Below are positions 54,163 to 64,000 of a DNA stretch of 64,000 nt, piece after piece (position 1 is the stretch's first letter; the number at the start of each line of letters is the position of its first letter). Location of the stretch: assembly GCA_900617105.1 (NCBI GenBank), contig UYFQ01000001.1, forward strand, positions 124,001 through 188,000, read 5' to 3'. This DNA is from Hydrurus foetidus (lineage: Eukaryota). Position numbers and translations under genes: made by a program. The notes under the pieces are model-generated. The model did not search any database and had not been told where the DNA came from. It worked only from the letters and a program-made list of their open reading frames with translations.

Positions 54163-57100
54163 ATGTCCAATACGACAGTTGCCGAGTTTGCAAACGAACT
54201 CAAAAAATCAACCGACACCCTGCTTGATCAACTCAAGCACGCTGGTCTCGCCAAGTCTTCTGCCAGCGATACGCTGAGTGAAGCTGACAAGCAAAAGCTG
54301 TTGAGCTTTTTGCAAACCAGCCACGGCACCGTTTCGGCTGCGCGCACAAAAATCACGTTGGTGAAAAAATCCACCACGGAGATCAAGCAAGCTGATGGCA
54401 CGGGGCGTGCCCGTACGATCCAAGTGGAGGTGCGCAAAACTCGCACCTTCATTAAGCGTGATGATGCGCACGACGCGCCTGCTGAATCGCACGATGCCGC
54501 TGCCGAAGCCGCCGAGTTGGCTGCTGCGGAGCAAGCCGCCGCCGCAGGAGATGCTGAACTGGTGCGTCGCGAAGAAGAAGCTCGCAGTCAAGCTGAGTTG
54601 ATTCGCCGTCAAGAAGAAGATTTGGCCGAAAAGCGTCGCCTGCGCGATGCCCAAGACCAGCAAGAAGAGCGTGAGCGTTTGGTGGCTGAGCAAGCCGCAC
54701 AAGCCCGTGCTGTGGAATTGGCCAAGCTTGCCGCTGCTGAAGCTGCACTGACAGCTGTTGCTGTGTTGGCTGCGCCTGTTGCTGCTCCGGCACCCGTTTC
54801 CGCGCCCAATCGGCCACCGGGTGCTGCCGTGAACGGCACTGCCGTGTTGCCCGTCCGTGCCCCCGTTGTTGCCAAGGAGGCTGCAGTGATGAGCCCTGCT
54901 CAGGATCAGGTTGCAAAAGTTGCCGCTGCGCAGCACCGGTTGTGTTTCGCCGCAAGAAAGCCCGTTTGGCTGCTGTTGCTGCCGATGAAGCCGCGTTGTG
55001 GCGGCGCGGCCAAAGCTGCTGAAGTCAAAGCCCGTGCTGACGAAGACGCTGCCCGTGCCAAAGACTTGCACGATCGTCGCTCCAAAGCCGAGGCCGAAGC
55101 TGAGGCATCCGCGCCATGATGAATGCGCCCAAGCGTGTTTTGGTTGCGCTAAAAAACCTGAAGAACCTAAGCCTGTTGTTAAGGTTGACCCGAAAGCGCC
55201 GATCAAGGGCACGCTGCACAAGCCTGCCAATGGCTCGCCTGCTGCTGTGAAACCAGCTGTAGGTGCAACCCCTGCGAAACCCGGTGCACCAGGCAAAGAA
55301 GTCAAGTCCGCTAAGCTGTCGTCCAGCTGGGCAGGCGATCCGGCCAAAAAGAAAGAACTCAAAACCCGTGGCGACTCCGCCGGTGGTGTAGGTCGTAACA
55401 ACAACTGGCGTGGAGGCCCGCGCGGTCGCCGTGGTTCCAATGACCGTGATCGTGATGAGAATACGCACCGGCAGCGCTGTTGAAGCCCGTGTGCTTGAAG
55501 TTCACGTCCCTGAAACGATCACCGTGGCCGAATTGGCTCACAAGATGGCGTTAAAGCGTCTGAGGTCATCAAGACCTGATGAAGCTGGGCCAGATGGTCA
55601 CCATCAACCAGCCGCTGGACCAAGACACCGCCATGATTTTGGTGGAAGAAATGGGCCACAAAGCTGTTGTTGCTGCGCTGGACGATCCCGAAGCGTTCAC
55701 CGACGACGACGTGCAGCAAGAGTCCGAATCCTTGCCACGCGCCCCTGTGGTGACCGTCATGGGCCACGTCGACCACGGCAAAACCTCGCTGCTCGATTAC
55801 ATCCGCCGTGCCAAAGTGGCATCAGGCGAAGCTGGCGGCATTACCCAGCACATTGGTGCTTACCACGTGGAAACCCCGCGCGGCATGGTGTCCTTCCTCG
55901 ATACCCCGGGTCACGAAGCGTTTACTGCCATGCGTGCCCGTGGTGCCAAGGCAACCGACATTGTGATTCTGGTGGTGGCAGCTGACGACGGCGTGATGCC
56001 GCAAACCAAAGAAGCCATCAAGCACGCTAAAGCTGCTGGTGTACCTATCGTGGTTGCTATCAATAAGATTGACAAACCCGATGCGAACCTGAGCGCGTGA
56101 AGGGCGAGCTGGTCACCGAAGAAGTGATCCCCGAAGATTTCGGTGGCGAGTGCCCTTTATCTCGTGTCCGCCCAGACGGGTGAGGGCATCGACATTGCTG
56201 GAGCAAGTGCTGCTGCAAGCCGAGGTGCTGGAGCTTCGTGCGCCGGTTGATGCCATGGCCAAGGGCCTGGTGATTGAAGCCCGTTTGGACAAGGGCCGTG
56301 GCCCAGTGGCCACGGTGCTGATCCAGTCCGGTACGCTCAAAGCTGGCGACGTGGTGCTGGCAGGTCAAACCTATGGCCGCGTGCGTGCCATGCTGGACGA
56401 AAACGGCAAACCATCAAAACAGCAGGCCCGTCCATTCCGGTTGAAATTCAAGGCTTGACCGAAGTGCCGCAAGCTGGCGATGAATTCATGGTGATGCGGA
56501 CGAACGCCGCGCCCGTGAAATTGCAACCTTCCGTGCAGGCAAGTTCCGCAACACCAAGCTGGCCAAGCAGCAAGCCGCCAAGCTGGAGAACATGTTCTCC
56601 GACATCTCGCTGGCGAAGTCAAGATGGTGCCCATCATCATCAAGGCCGACGTTCAGGGTTCGCAAGAAGCGCTGGCGCAGTCTTTGCTCAAGCTCTCGAC
56701 TGACGAGGTCAAGGTGCAGTTGGTGTACGCGGCGGTTGGCGGTATCAGCGAGTCCGACGTGAACTTGGCAATCGCGTCCAAGGCACTTCATCATCGGCTT
56801 TCAATACCCGTGCTGATGCCGGTGCGCGCAAGCTGGCCGAGAACAACGGCGTGGACATTCGTTACTACAACATCATTTATGACGCGGTAGACGAGTTAAG
56901 TTGCCATGTCCGGCATGCTGACGCCTGACAAGAAAGAAGAAGTCATCGGTACCGCCGAGATTCGCCAGATCTTCCGTGTCAGCAAAATCGGTTCCATCGC
57001 TGGTTGTATGGTCACCGCCGGTATCGTGCGCCGCAGGCCAAGCTGCGTCTGTTGCGCGATAACGTGGTCATCTACACGGGCGAGCTGGACTCTCTTAAGC

Positions 57101-57254
57101 GTTTCAAGGACGATGCCAAGGAAGTCGCGAAGGCTTCGAGTGCGGCTTGAACATCAAGAACTACAACGACATCGTTGAAGGCGACACCTTGGAGTTCTTT
57201 GAGATCCGTGAAATCGCACGTACCCTGGAATCCCCAGCCCGTGTTGCTGCTTAA
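54163..57254 (+). CDS. infB: Translation initiation factor IF-2, many frameshifts (probable sequencing errors)
   Basis: [38 protein letters not shown] spread over several frames. Confidence 0.93.
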
Positions 57255-57270
57255 TTTCAGTCTTTAAGCA

Positions 57271-57642
57271 ATGGCAAAGAAAAAAAGCGCTACCCCCAAC
57301 CGTGGGCTGAAAGTTGCCGACCAGATCCAACGCGATCTGACGGAACTGATCGCCCGCGAGTTGAAAGATTACCGGGTGCGCATGGTGACGATTCAGGCGG
57401 TGGAAGTCACCCCTGATTACGCCCACGCCAAGGTCTTTTTCAGCGTGCTGGTGGGCGATCCTGAAGAAACCCAAGCAGCCTTGAACCAGGCCGCCGGCTT
57501 TTTGCGCAATGGCTTGTTCAAGCGTCTGCACATCCACACCGTGCCGACTTTGCACTTCCTGTTTGACCGCACCAGCGAACGTGCGGCAGACATGAACGCA
57601 CTGATTGCACAGGCTGTAGCTTCTCGCGCGAAAGAGGACTAA
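57271..57642 (+). CDS. rbfA: Ribosome-binding factor A
   Basis: [25 protein letters not shown]. Confidence 0.95.
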   Translation: MAKKKSATPNRGLKVADQIQRDLTELIARELKDYRVRMVTIQAVEVTPDYAHAKVFFSVLVGDPEETQAALNQAAGFLRNGLFKRLHIHTVPTLHFLFDRTSERAADMNALIAQAVASRAKED

Positions 57643-57645
57643 GCC

Positions 57646-58657
57646 ATGAACGCGCCACGCACCAGGGTGCAAGGCGCCCTGTGCATGGGGTGCTGTTACT
57701 TGACAAACCATAGGACTTTCCAGCAACCAGGCGCTGCAAAAAGCCAAGTGGCTTGCTGCGCGCTGAAAAGGCGGGCCACACCGGCACGCTGGATCCGTTG
57801 GCGACCGGTGTGCTGCCCCTGTGCTTTGGCGCGGCCACCAAATTCAGCCAGATCCAGCTTGATGCGGACAATGCTATGAAGCTGTCGCGCACCTGGGTGA
57901 AAACCAGCACAGCGGATGCGGAAGGCGAGATGATCGCTACCCGCGAAGTCCCGTCCATCACCCAAGCGATGTTGGACGACGTTGCCAAGCAATTTCACCG
58001 GGCCGATTGCCAAGTGCCGCCCATGCACAGTGCGCTGAAAAAAGATGGCCGTGCCTTGTACGACTACGCCCGCGCTGGGAAGAAGTGGAGCGCGAAGCCC
58101 GTGCCGTCACCATTCATGCATTAAAACTGTCTTTGTTGCACGCCGAATCAGCGCATGCAGCTATCAAAATTGTAGTGAAATGCAGCAAAGGCACCTACAT
58201 CCGCACGCTGGGCGAAGACATCGGTGAAGCTCTAGGTTGTGGTGCCCACCTCACTGCGTTGCGCCGCACGCAAACAGGCGGTTTTACAGAGAGCCGTGCA
58301 TCACGCTGGCCGCACTGGAAGCTTTGAGCGAGTCCGAACGTCACGCCTTGCTGTTGCCCGCCGAGTCGCTGTTGCCAGACCACACGGTTGTCATGTTGGA
58401 CGTGGAAAATGCAGGTCGTTTCTTGAGTGGTGTGCGCCGCCGTGGTCCTTGGCCAGACGACGCGCAGGTAGCCGTTTACGGCTTCACCGCGTGCGCTTTT
58501 GGGCACGGCGCACACCAAAGCCGGTGAGCTGATTCCCGGACGCCTGCTCAGCCCGATTGAAATTGAACAAATTCTGCTGTCGAACGTGCCCGTGCCAGAA
58601 CCACCACCCGTAGCAGAACCCCTTTATCGAATCCCAAGCATTGAATTGAAAAGTTGA
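57646..58657 (+). CDS. truB: tRNA pseudouridine(55) synthase, several frameshifts (probable sequencing errors)
   Basis: [32 protein letters not shown] in different frames. Confidence 0.92.
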
Positions 58658-58672
58658 AAAGGTAAAGTCATC

Positions 58673-60499
58673 ATGAGTAGCAGTAAGCAAATCCGCAACA
58701 TCGCCATCATCGCCCACGTTGACCATGGCAAAACCACCATGGTTGACCAGTTGCTGCGTCAGTCCGGCACCTTTGCCGAGCACGAAAAAGTGGTCGACAC
58801 CGTGATGGACAACAACGCCATTGAAAAAGAGCGTGGCATCACGATTCTGGCTAAAAACTGCGCTGTGACCTGGGAAGGCACGCACATCAACATCGTTGAC
58901 ACCCCCGGCCACGCTGACTTCGGCGGTGAAGTGGAACGTGCCCTGTCGATGGTTGACGGCGTGGTGCTGCTGATCGACGCACAAGAAGGCCCCATGCCTC
59001 AAACCCGTTTCGTGACCAAGAAGGCTTTGGCCCTGGGTCTCAAGCCGATTTTGGTCGTCAACAAGGTGGACAAGCCTGGTGCGCGTCCTGATTTCGTGGT
59101 CAATGCCGCTTTCGATTTGTTCGACAAGCTCGGCGCAACCGACGAGCAGCTCGACTTTCCCGTGGTGTACGCCTCTGGCATCAACGGCTGGTCGTCGTTG
59201 GTCGAAGGCGAGCAGGGCGAACAGTGGGGCCCCGACATGTCGGCCCTGTTCAACACCGTGCTGAAGCACGTGCCAGCGCAAACTGGTGACCCTGAAGCGC
59301 CGCTGCAACTGCAAATCTCTGCCCTCGACTTTTCGACCTTTGTCGGCCGCATTGGCGTTGGCCGCATCAGCCAGGGCACCGTGCGTCCCATGATGGACGT
59401 GGTAGTGATGGAAGGCCCAGACGGTAAAGCCGTCAAAGGCCGTATCAACCAGGTGCTGACTTTCCAAGGTTTGGAGCGCGTACAGGCCACAGAAGCTGGC
59501 CCTGGCGAAATCGTGTTGATCAACGGTCTGACGGACATCGGTATTGGCGTGACCATCACTGATCCCATCACGCCCGCACCGCTGCCCATGCTCAAGGTGG
59601 ACGAGCCTACGTTGACCATGAACTTTTGCGTGAACACCAGCCCTCTGGCCGGTCGCGAAGGCAAGTACGTCACCAGCCGCCAAATTTGGGACCGCCTGCA
59701 AAAAGAACTGCAGCACAACGTGGCGTTGCGCGTCAGCGAAACCGACGAAGAAGGTATCTTTGAAGTCATGGGCCGTGGCGAATTGCACCTGACCATCCTG
59801 TTGGAAAACATGCGCCGTGAAGGCTACGAGATGGCTGTTTCCAAGCCTCGCGTAGTAATGAAAGATGTCAACGGTGAGAAGCACGAGCCTATCGAAATGG
59901 TGACTGCTGACATCGAAGACCAGCACCAAGGCGGTGTGATGCAAGCTTTGGGTGAGCGCAAAGGCGAACTCATCAACATGGAACCCGATGGCCGTGGCCG
60001 TGTTCGCTTGGAATACCGCATCCCTGCCCGCGGTTTGATTGGTTTTACCAACGAATTCTTGAACTTGACGCGCGGCTCTGGTCTGATCGCCAACATTTTC
60101 GACTGCTACGAAGCTCACCGTGGTGACATCGGTGGCCGTAAAAACGGCGTGCTGATCTCGATGGACGCGGGTGAAATTTTCACCTATGCCCTGGGCAAGC
60201 TCGACGACCGTGGCCGCATGTTCGTGCGTGCGAATGATCCGGTGTATGAAGGCATGATCGTCGGTATCCACAGCCGTGAAAACGACCTCGTGGTCAACGC
60301 GACCCGCACCAAGCAGCTGACCAATTTCCGCGTGTCCGGCAAAGAAGATGCGATCAAAATCACCCCTCCGATTGATGCCACGCTGGAATACGCCGTGGAA
60401 TTCATTGAGGACGACGAGTTGGTTGAAATCACCCCTAAATCCATTCGCATTCGCAAGCGCCACCTGACCGAAAGTGAGCGCAAGCGCGCTGGGCGTTAG
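58673..60499 (+). CDS. typA: Translational GTPase TypA/BipA
   Basis: RNIAIIAHVDHGKTT, ERGITI, GRGELHL, DDELVEITP. Confidence 0.97.
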   Translation: MSSSKQIRNIAIIAHVDHGKTTMVDQLLRQSGTFAEHEKVVDTVMDNNAIEKERGITILAKNCAVTWEGTHINIVDTPGHADFGGEVERALSMVDGVVLLIDAQEGPMPQTRFVTKKALALGLKPILVVNKVDKPGARPDFVVNAAFDLFDKLGATDEQLDFPVVYASGINGWSSLVEGEQGEQWGPDMSALFNTVLKHVPAQTGDPEAPLQLQISALDFSTFVGRIGVGRISQGTVRPMMDVVVMEGPDGKAVKGRINQVLTFQGLERVQATEAGPGEIVLINGLTDIGIGVTITDPITPAPLPMLKVDEPTLTMNFCVNTSPLAGREGKYVTSRQIWDRLQKELQHNVALRVSETDEEGIFEVMGRGELHLTILLENMRREGYEMAVSKPRVVMKDVNGEKHEPIEMVTADIEDQHQGGVMQALGERKGELINMEPDGRGRVRLEYRIPARGLIGFTNEFLNLTRGSGLIANIFDCYEAHRGDIGGRKNGVLISMDAGEIFTYALGKLDDRGRMFVRANDPVYEGMIVGIHSRENDLVVNATRTKQLTNFRVSGKEDAIKITPPIDATLEYAVEFIEDDELVEITPKSIRIRKRHLTESERKRAGR

Positions 60500-60553
60500 G
60501 CTGGAAGCCGTTTGAAATGAGCTGACTTTTGCGCAAAAAGCTTCTCAAAGCCG

Positions 60554-60601
60554 TTGCAAAAAAGTTAGCAAATAAGCTTGCAAATAAGCTTGCAAAAAAT
60601 A
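60554..60601. repeat. Four tandem 12-bp units upstream of the Fic gene
   Basis: TTGCAAAAAAGT TAGCAAATAAGC TTGCAAATAAGC TTGCAAAAAATA. Confidence 0.75.
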
Positions 60602-60685
60602 CAGCCACTTGGCTGTATTTTTCTTTGAAAACAATAACTTGAATAATTTTTCAAGTAGGCAATTTAGGGTGCAAAATTGCCTGCA

Positions 60686-61882
60686 ATGTACGACTCCCCT
60701 CATCAGTTCACGCCGCTGCTGCCCAGCCCTCTCAAGCAAGAGGCACTGCTTGCCAAGGCGCATGATTTAAGCCGGGCCTCTTTGGTGCTCAGCAGCCACC
60801 CCATGCCCACCGAGTTGCGAGGGCTGCTGCGTGGCATGAATTCGTACTACACCAACCGCATTGAGGGTCAGCACACCCGTCCTCTGGAAATCGAACAAGC
60901 GCTGCGGCGGGATTTCTCTGGCGATGCGGTGCTTGCCGCCAAGCAGCGCTTGGCTGTCGCCCATATTGAAGCGGAAGTGGCGCTAGAAGCCCGTTTCGCC
61001 ACTGAAGAGGATGCGCACCAGCTGTTCAGCCTCGAAGCCATCAGTGGCTTGCATCAAACGCTGTTTGCCCGATTGCCCGAAGCTGACTTGCGCACGCCCG
61101 AGGGTGAAGTGATTGTTCCAGGCCAGTTTCGCCAGCGTGAGGTCAGCGTGGGTCGGCACATCGCCCCGACTGCGGCCAGCGTGCCCGTCTTTTTGCAGCA
61201 CTGGGCCCGTGCGTATGGCGGTGTGCGCCGTGGTGAAGCACAGTTACTGGCCATGGCGGCAGCGCACCAGCGCTTGGGCTGGATTCACCCCTTCGTCGAT
61301 GGCAATGGCCGCGTCATGCGCCTGCACACCCATGCATGGCTAGGGGCGGCGGGCTACACCAAGGGCTTGTGGTCGCCGCTGCGTGGTTTTGCCCGCAGCA
61401 CAGAGAAATACTACGAACTGCTGGCCGCAGCAGACGAGCCACGCCACAGTGACTGGGATGGGCGCGGCAATTTAAGCGAATCAGCCTTGGTTGCATGGAC
61501 AGATTACGTCCTCGACGTATGCCTAGATCAAGTGACTTTCATGACCCGCCTGCTGGATGTGTCCACCCTGCAACAGCGCATTGCGGCGTGTTTGTCGTTT
61601 GAAGAAAACACCCTCAAATCTGGTGTGCGCAGTGCAGCCACTCACGCTTTGCATTACCTGTTTTTGCGTGGCACAGAGATGGAGCGCGGCGAGTTCAAAG
61701 CCCTGCTGGGCTTAGGCGACCGCACCGCATCTGGCGTGCTGGCAGCGTTGCTCAAACGCGAACTGTTGAAATCGGACAGCCCGCAAGGCAAGCTGCGTTT
61801 CGGCGTGCCCCTGCACGCCTTGCGCTTTTATTTCCCGGCGCTGTGGCCAGAGGCTGAAGCTGATGTGGCTTTATCGCCATGA
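60686..61882 (+). CDS. Fic-family protein with probable C-terminal HTH
   Basis: SYYTNRIEG, HPFVDGNGRVMR. Confidence 0.92.
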   Translation: MYDSPHQFTPLLPSPLKQEALLAKAHDLSRASLVLSSHPMPTELRGLLRGMNSYYTNRIEGQHTRPLEIEQALRRDFSGDAVLAAKQRLAVAHIEAEVALEARFATEEDAHQLFSLEAISGLHQTLFARLPEADLRTPEGEVIVPGQFRQREVSVGRHIAPTAASVPVFLQHWARAYGGVRRGEAQLLAMAAAHQRLGWIHPFVDGNGRVMRLHTHAWLGAAGYTKGLWSPLRGFARSTEKYYELLAAADEPRHSDWDGRGNLSESALVAWTDYVLDVCLDQVTFMTRLLDVSTLQQRIAACLSFEENTLKSGVRSAATHALHYLFLRGTEMERGEFKALLGLGDRTASGVLAALLKRELLKSDSPQGKLRFGVPLHALRFYFPALWPEAEADVALSP

Positions 61883-61894
61883 AGGTTTTGAAAG

Positions 61895-62830
61895 ATGAAA
61901 TCTCAGACTACGCCAGCATCTGACCCCATCATTTTTCGCCCCACCTACCGTCTCGGGTTGCTGTGGCTTTGCATCGGTGGTGCGGTGCTGCTGCTGTGTG
62001 TGGCTGCGGTGGATGCACAGGGTTGGATCACGCGCTCAGCCAATGCACGGTGGATGAACGCTTGGGGTTGGGTGCAGTGGCTGGTTCTTGCAGCGGGGGC
62101 GGGCGGGGTAGCGTGGTTTGCACACCAGCACGAAAGTCATACCCAGTTGGTTTTGGATGACTCGGCGTTGACGTATCAGCCTTGGCGGGGCAAGGGCTGG
62201 CAGTTTCCCTTGGTGGATTTGCGCAGCGGGGCGATTCGGGTGCTTTCCTCGGATTGGGGAGGCATCAAAACTGGCCGCCTAGCTGCCACTGGGTCTGGGC
62301 CGACCGTGTCGATTGTGCCGTCGTACTGGTTTGCCGATTGTGGGGGCGATAGTTTGTGGGCTGACCCGGTAGCCCGTGAACCACAGTCCTTGTCGGACGG
62401 GTGGTTTCACAAATTCAGCATGAACGAGCGCCGAGCGCAGTTTGAAGCGCTGCCTTTGGTTGTGGCTTTGCGTTCGCGTGGTGTGCCGCTGCTAGAACTG
62501 CCGTCCCCGTCTGCATCGGATGAAAACGCTTACCCAGGAATGGCTATTGGCTTGGAGGCTATGGGCGGTGAACTCGGTGTCACCGTGCTTTTTCTAGATT
62601 TGTTTTTTCTGTTTGCCACTACTTGGGCTTGGATTCCCTTTTTTTGCGGCTTGATCGTGGGGATTTTGACGGGTTTAGGGCTGTTCCAGTGGCTGCGTCA
62701 AGAGCGTGTTGAGGGCCATGAAAGTGAACCGTTGCCGCTCAAAATCATGCGCTATCAACTGTTTGTAGCGTGCTTTTGGGGCTTTAGTGCCTTTTGTTTT
62801 GCCTACGGTGCTCTTGCCGGGCTCCTTTAG
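61895..62830 (+). CDS. Hypothetical membrane protein
   Basis: 311-aa ORF with N- and C-terminal hydrophobic helices; no recognised motif. Confidence 0.6.
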   Translation: MKSQTTPASDPIIFRPTYRLGLLWLCIGGAVLLLCVAAVDAQGWITRSANARWMNAWGWVQWLVLAAGAGGVAWFAHQHESHTQLVLDDSALTYQPWRGKGWQFPLVDLRSGAIRVLSSDWGGIKTGRLAATGSGPTVSIVPSYWFADCGGDSLWADPVAREPQSLSDGWFHKFSMNERRAQFEALPLVVALRSRGVPLLELPSPSASDENAYPGMAIGLEAMGGELGVTVLFLDLFFLFATTWAWIPFFCGLIVGILTGLGLFQWLRQERVEGHESEPLPLKIMRYQLFVACFWGFSAFCFAYGALAGLL

Positions 62831-62836
62831 TTCTGT

Positions 62837-63078
62837 ATGACAGCTCCCATCCCCATCCCCTGCCTCGCCCACCTCCACGACCTCGCCCACCAAGGCAAGC
62901 GCGTCATCCTCGGTTTGGTGGGCTGCCCTGGCTCTGGCAAATCGACCTTGGCGGAGGCTTTGCAGCAGGCTTTTCAGGGGCGCAGCCAAGTGGTGCCTAT
63001 GGACGGTTTTCATTTGACGCAGAGCGCGTCTGGCTGCTCGGCATGAGCGCTTTGGGCGCGACCGACAAGCGGCGCTGA
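62837..63078 (+). pseudogene. Truncated nucleoside/pantothenate kinase-like P-loop protein (YggC-like)
   Basis: GCPGSGKST, VPMDGFHL, then frameshift and loss of the C-terminal half. Confidence 0.7.
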
Positions 63079-63249
63079 ACTGGGTGGCGCAGACCGATGA
63101 GCCGAATGCGCTGCTGATTGAGGCGACAAAGGGGCGGGCGCATCGTATATTCCAATGGGCGGCTTAGCTGTTTTTTTGTTTTAGTTGTCACTTCTTGCCT
63201 GTGTGATTGAATTCGCCGGTTCTTTTCTTCTTCATGCCTCGTTTGCAGA

Positions 63250-64000
63250 TTGCCCATCTTGCCTCGTTCCAAACCCCACCTCTCTCACACCCAAGCCGTC
63301 GCGCTGATGGTCGCTGTCACCCTGATGTGGTCGATGGCCGGAGTCGTTAGCCGCCACTTGGAGCAGGCTCGCAGTTTCGAGATCACTTTCTGGCGCAGCT
63401 TCTTTACCGTGCTGTCGTTGCTGGTGATTTTGCCGTTATGGCGTGGTGTCGCCGTCTTCAAAACCCTGCCTTGGCGCAGCACGGTGTTTTGGCTCTCTGG
63501 TCTGTGCTGGAGCGTGATGTTCACCGCCTTCATGCTGGCGTTGACGCTTACCAGCGTGGCCAATGTGCTGGTCACGATGTCGGTCGGGCCGTTGCTCACC
63601 GCCTTGTTTTCTCGGATCTTCATCGGTCACCGCCTCGCACCTCGTACCTGGGGGGCAATTGGTGTTGCCGGTTTTGGCATTGCTTACATGCAGTCCGCCA
63701 ACCTCAGCATGGCGAACACGCAGGCTGCTGAAGGGGCTTGGGTAGGGTTTTTGGTGGCCGCTTGCGTGCCGATTGCCGGGGCTTTGCAGTGGACGCTGAT
63801 GCAGCACAGCCAAAAAGCGAGTCAACAGGCGGTCAAGCTGGATTTGGTGCCTTGCGTGCTGGTGGGGGCCGTGTTGTCTACTCTGGTCACGCTGCCCTTG
63901 GCTTTCCCGTTTCAGGCGACGGCGCACGATGTGGGGCTGCTGGCCTTGCTCGGTTTGGTGCAGTTGGCGGTGCCCTGTGTGCTGTCAGTGCAGTGTGCTA
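63250..64000 (+). CDS. DMT/EamA-family transporter (runs off the window)
   Basis: Open frame with TLMWSMAGVV, ITFWRSFF, TLTSVANVLV, GPLLTALF; start uncertain. Confidence 0.85.
   Translation, partial: MPILPRSKPHLSHTQAVALMVAVTLMWSMAGVVSRHLEQARSFEITFWRSFFTVLSLLVILPLWRGVAVFKTLPWRSTVFWLSGLCWSVMFTAFMLALTLTSVANVLVTMSVGPLLTALFSRIFIGHRLAPRTWGAIGVAGFGIAYMQSANLSMANTQAAEGAWVGFLVAACVPIAGALQWTLMQHSQKASQQAVKLDLVPCVLVGAVLSTLVTLPLAFPFQATAHDVGLLALLGLVQLAVPCVLSVQCA

Noticed and set aside
54163..57254. Programmed frameshifting or true pseudogenisation of infB
   Set aside because: Too many scattered indels with no common slippery motif in an essential gene; sequencing error is more likely.
60554..60601. Possible CRISPR or iteron array
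   Set aside because: Units are 12 bp, contiguous and without spacers, and there is no cas or rep gene. No CRISPR array was seen anywhere in the window.

Overview
GC-rich betaproteobacterial chromosome segment; the gene set suggests Comamonadaceae (Rhodoferax/Polaromonas-like), which is an inference. (1) 1-4.9 kb: two head-to-tail, slightly diverged copies of a 2420-bp element. Each encodes a tyrosine recombinase split by an A8 slippery run plus an IS91-type Y2 HUH transposase, and ends in a canonical integron attC-like site. The pair sits inverted against a one-gene integron cassette and a putative attI, with no intI next to it. (2) 5-24 kb: housekeeping genes (dipeptide ABC transporter, ferredoxin, pth, rplY, prs, tRNA-Gln, ispE, lolB, TPR protein, mutM, dynamin-like GTPase, mutY, rapZ, recN, nadK, hrcA, tRNA-Ile2). 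(3) 24-45 kb: accessory region after the tRNA. It holds IS4/IS50-type elements (one a nested composite with a 9-bp target duplication) and a TetR-regulated DJ-1/flavin oxidase/cupin operon. A collapsed type I R-M locus carries a lower-GC four-gene block (unknown, 4-TM protein, dGTPase, CCA/poly(A)-type nucleotidyltransferase), which is the best candidate for a new anti-phage system. Also here are AlbA_2 and GIY-YIG genes, three TA pairs, a DUF2946-like RGPP leader upstream of a TonB receptor and an exported agmatine deiminase. (4) 45-64 kb: pdxH, etfBA, acyl-CoA dehydrogenase, NMO, rimP-nusA-infB-rbfA-truB-typA (many frameshifts, probably sequencing errors), Fic and a DMT transporter. A palindromic GCTAY-N7-RTAGC motif recurs across the window, inside and between genes. 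All calls come from reading the sequence; no searches were run.
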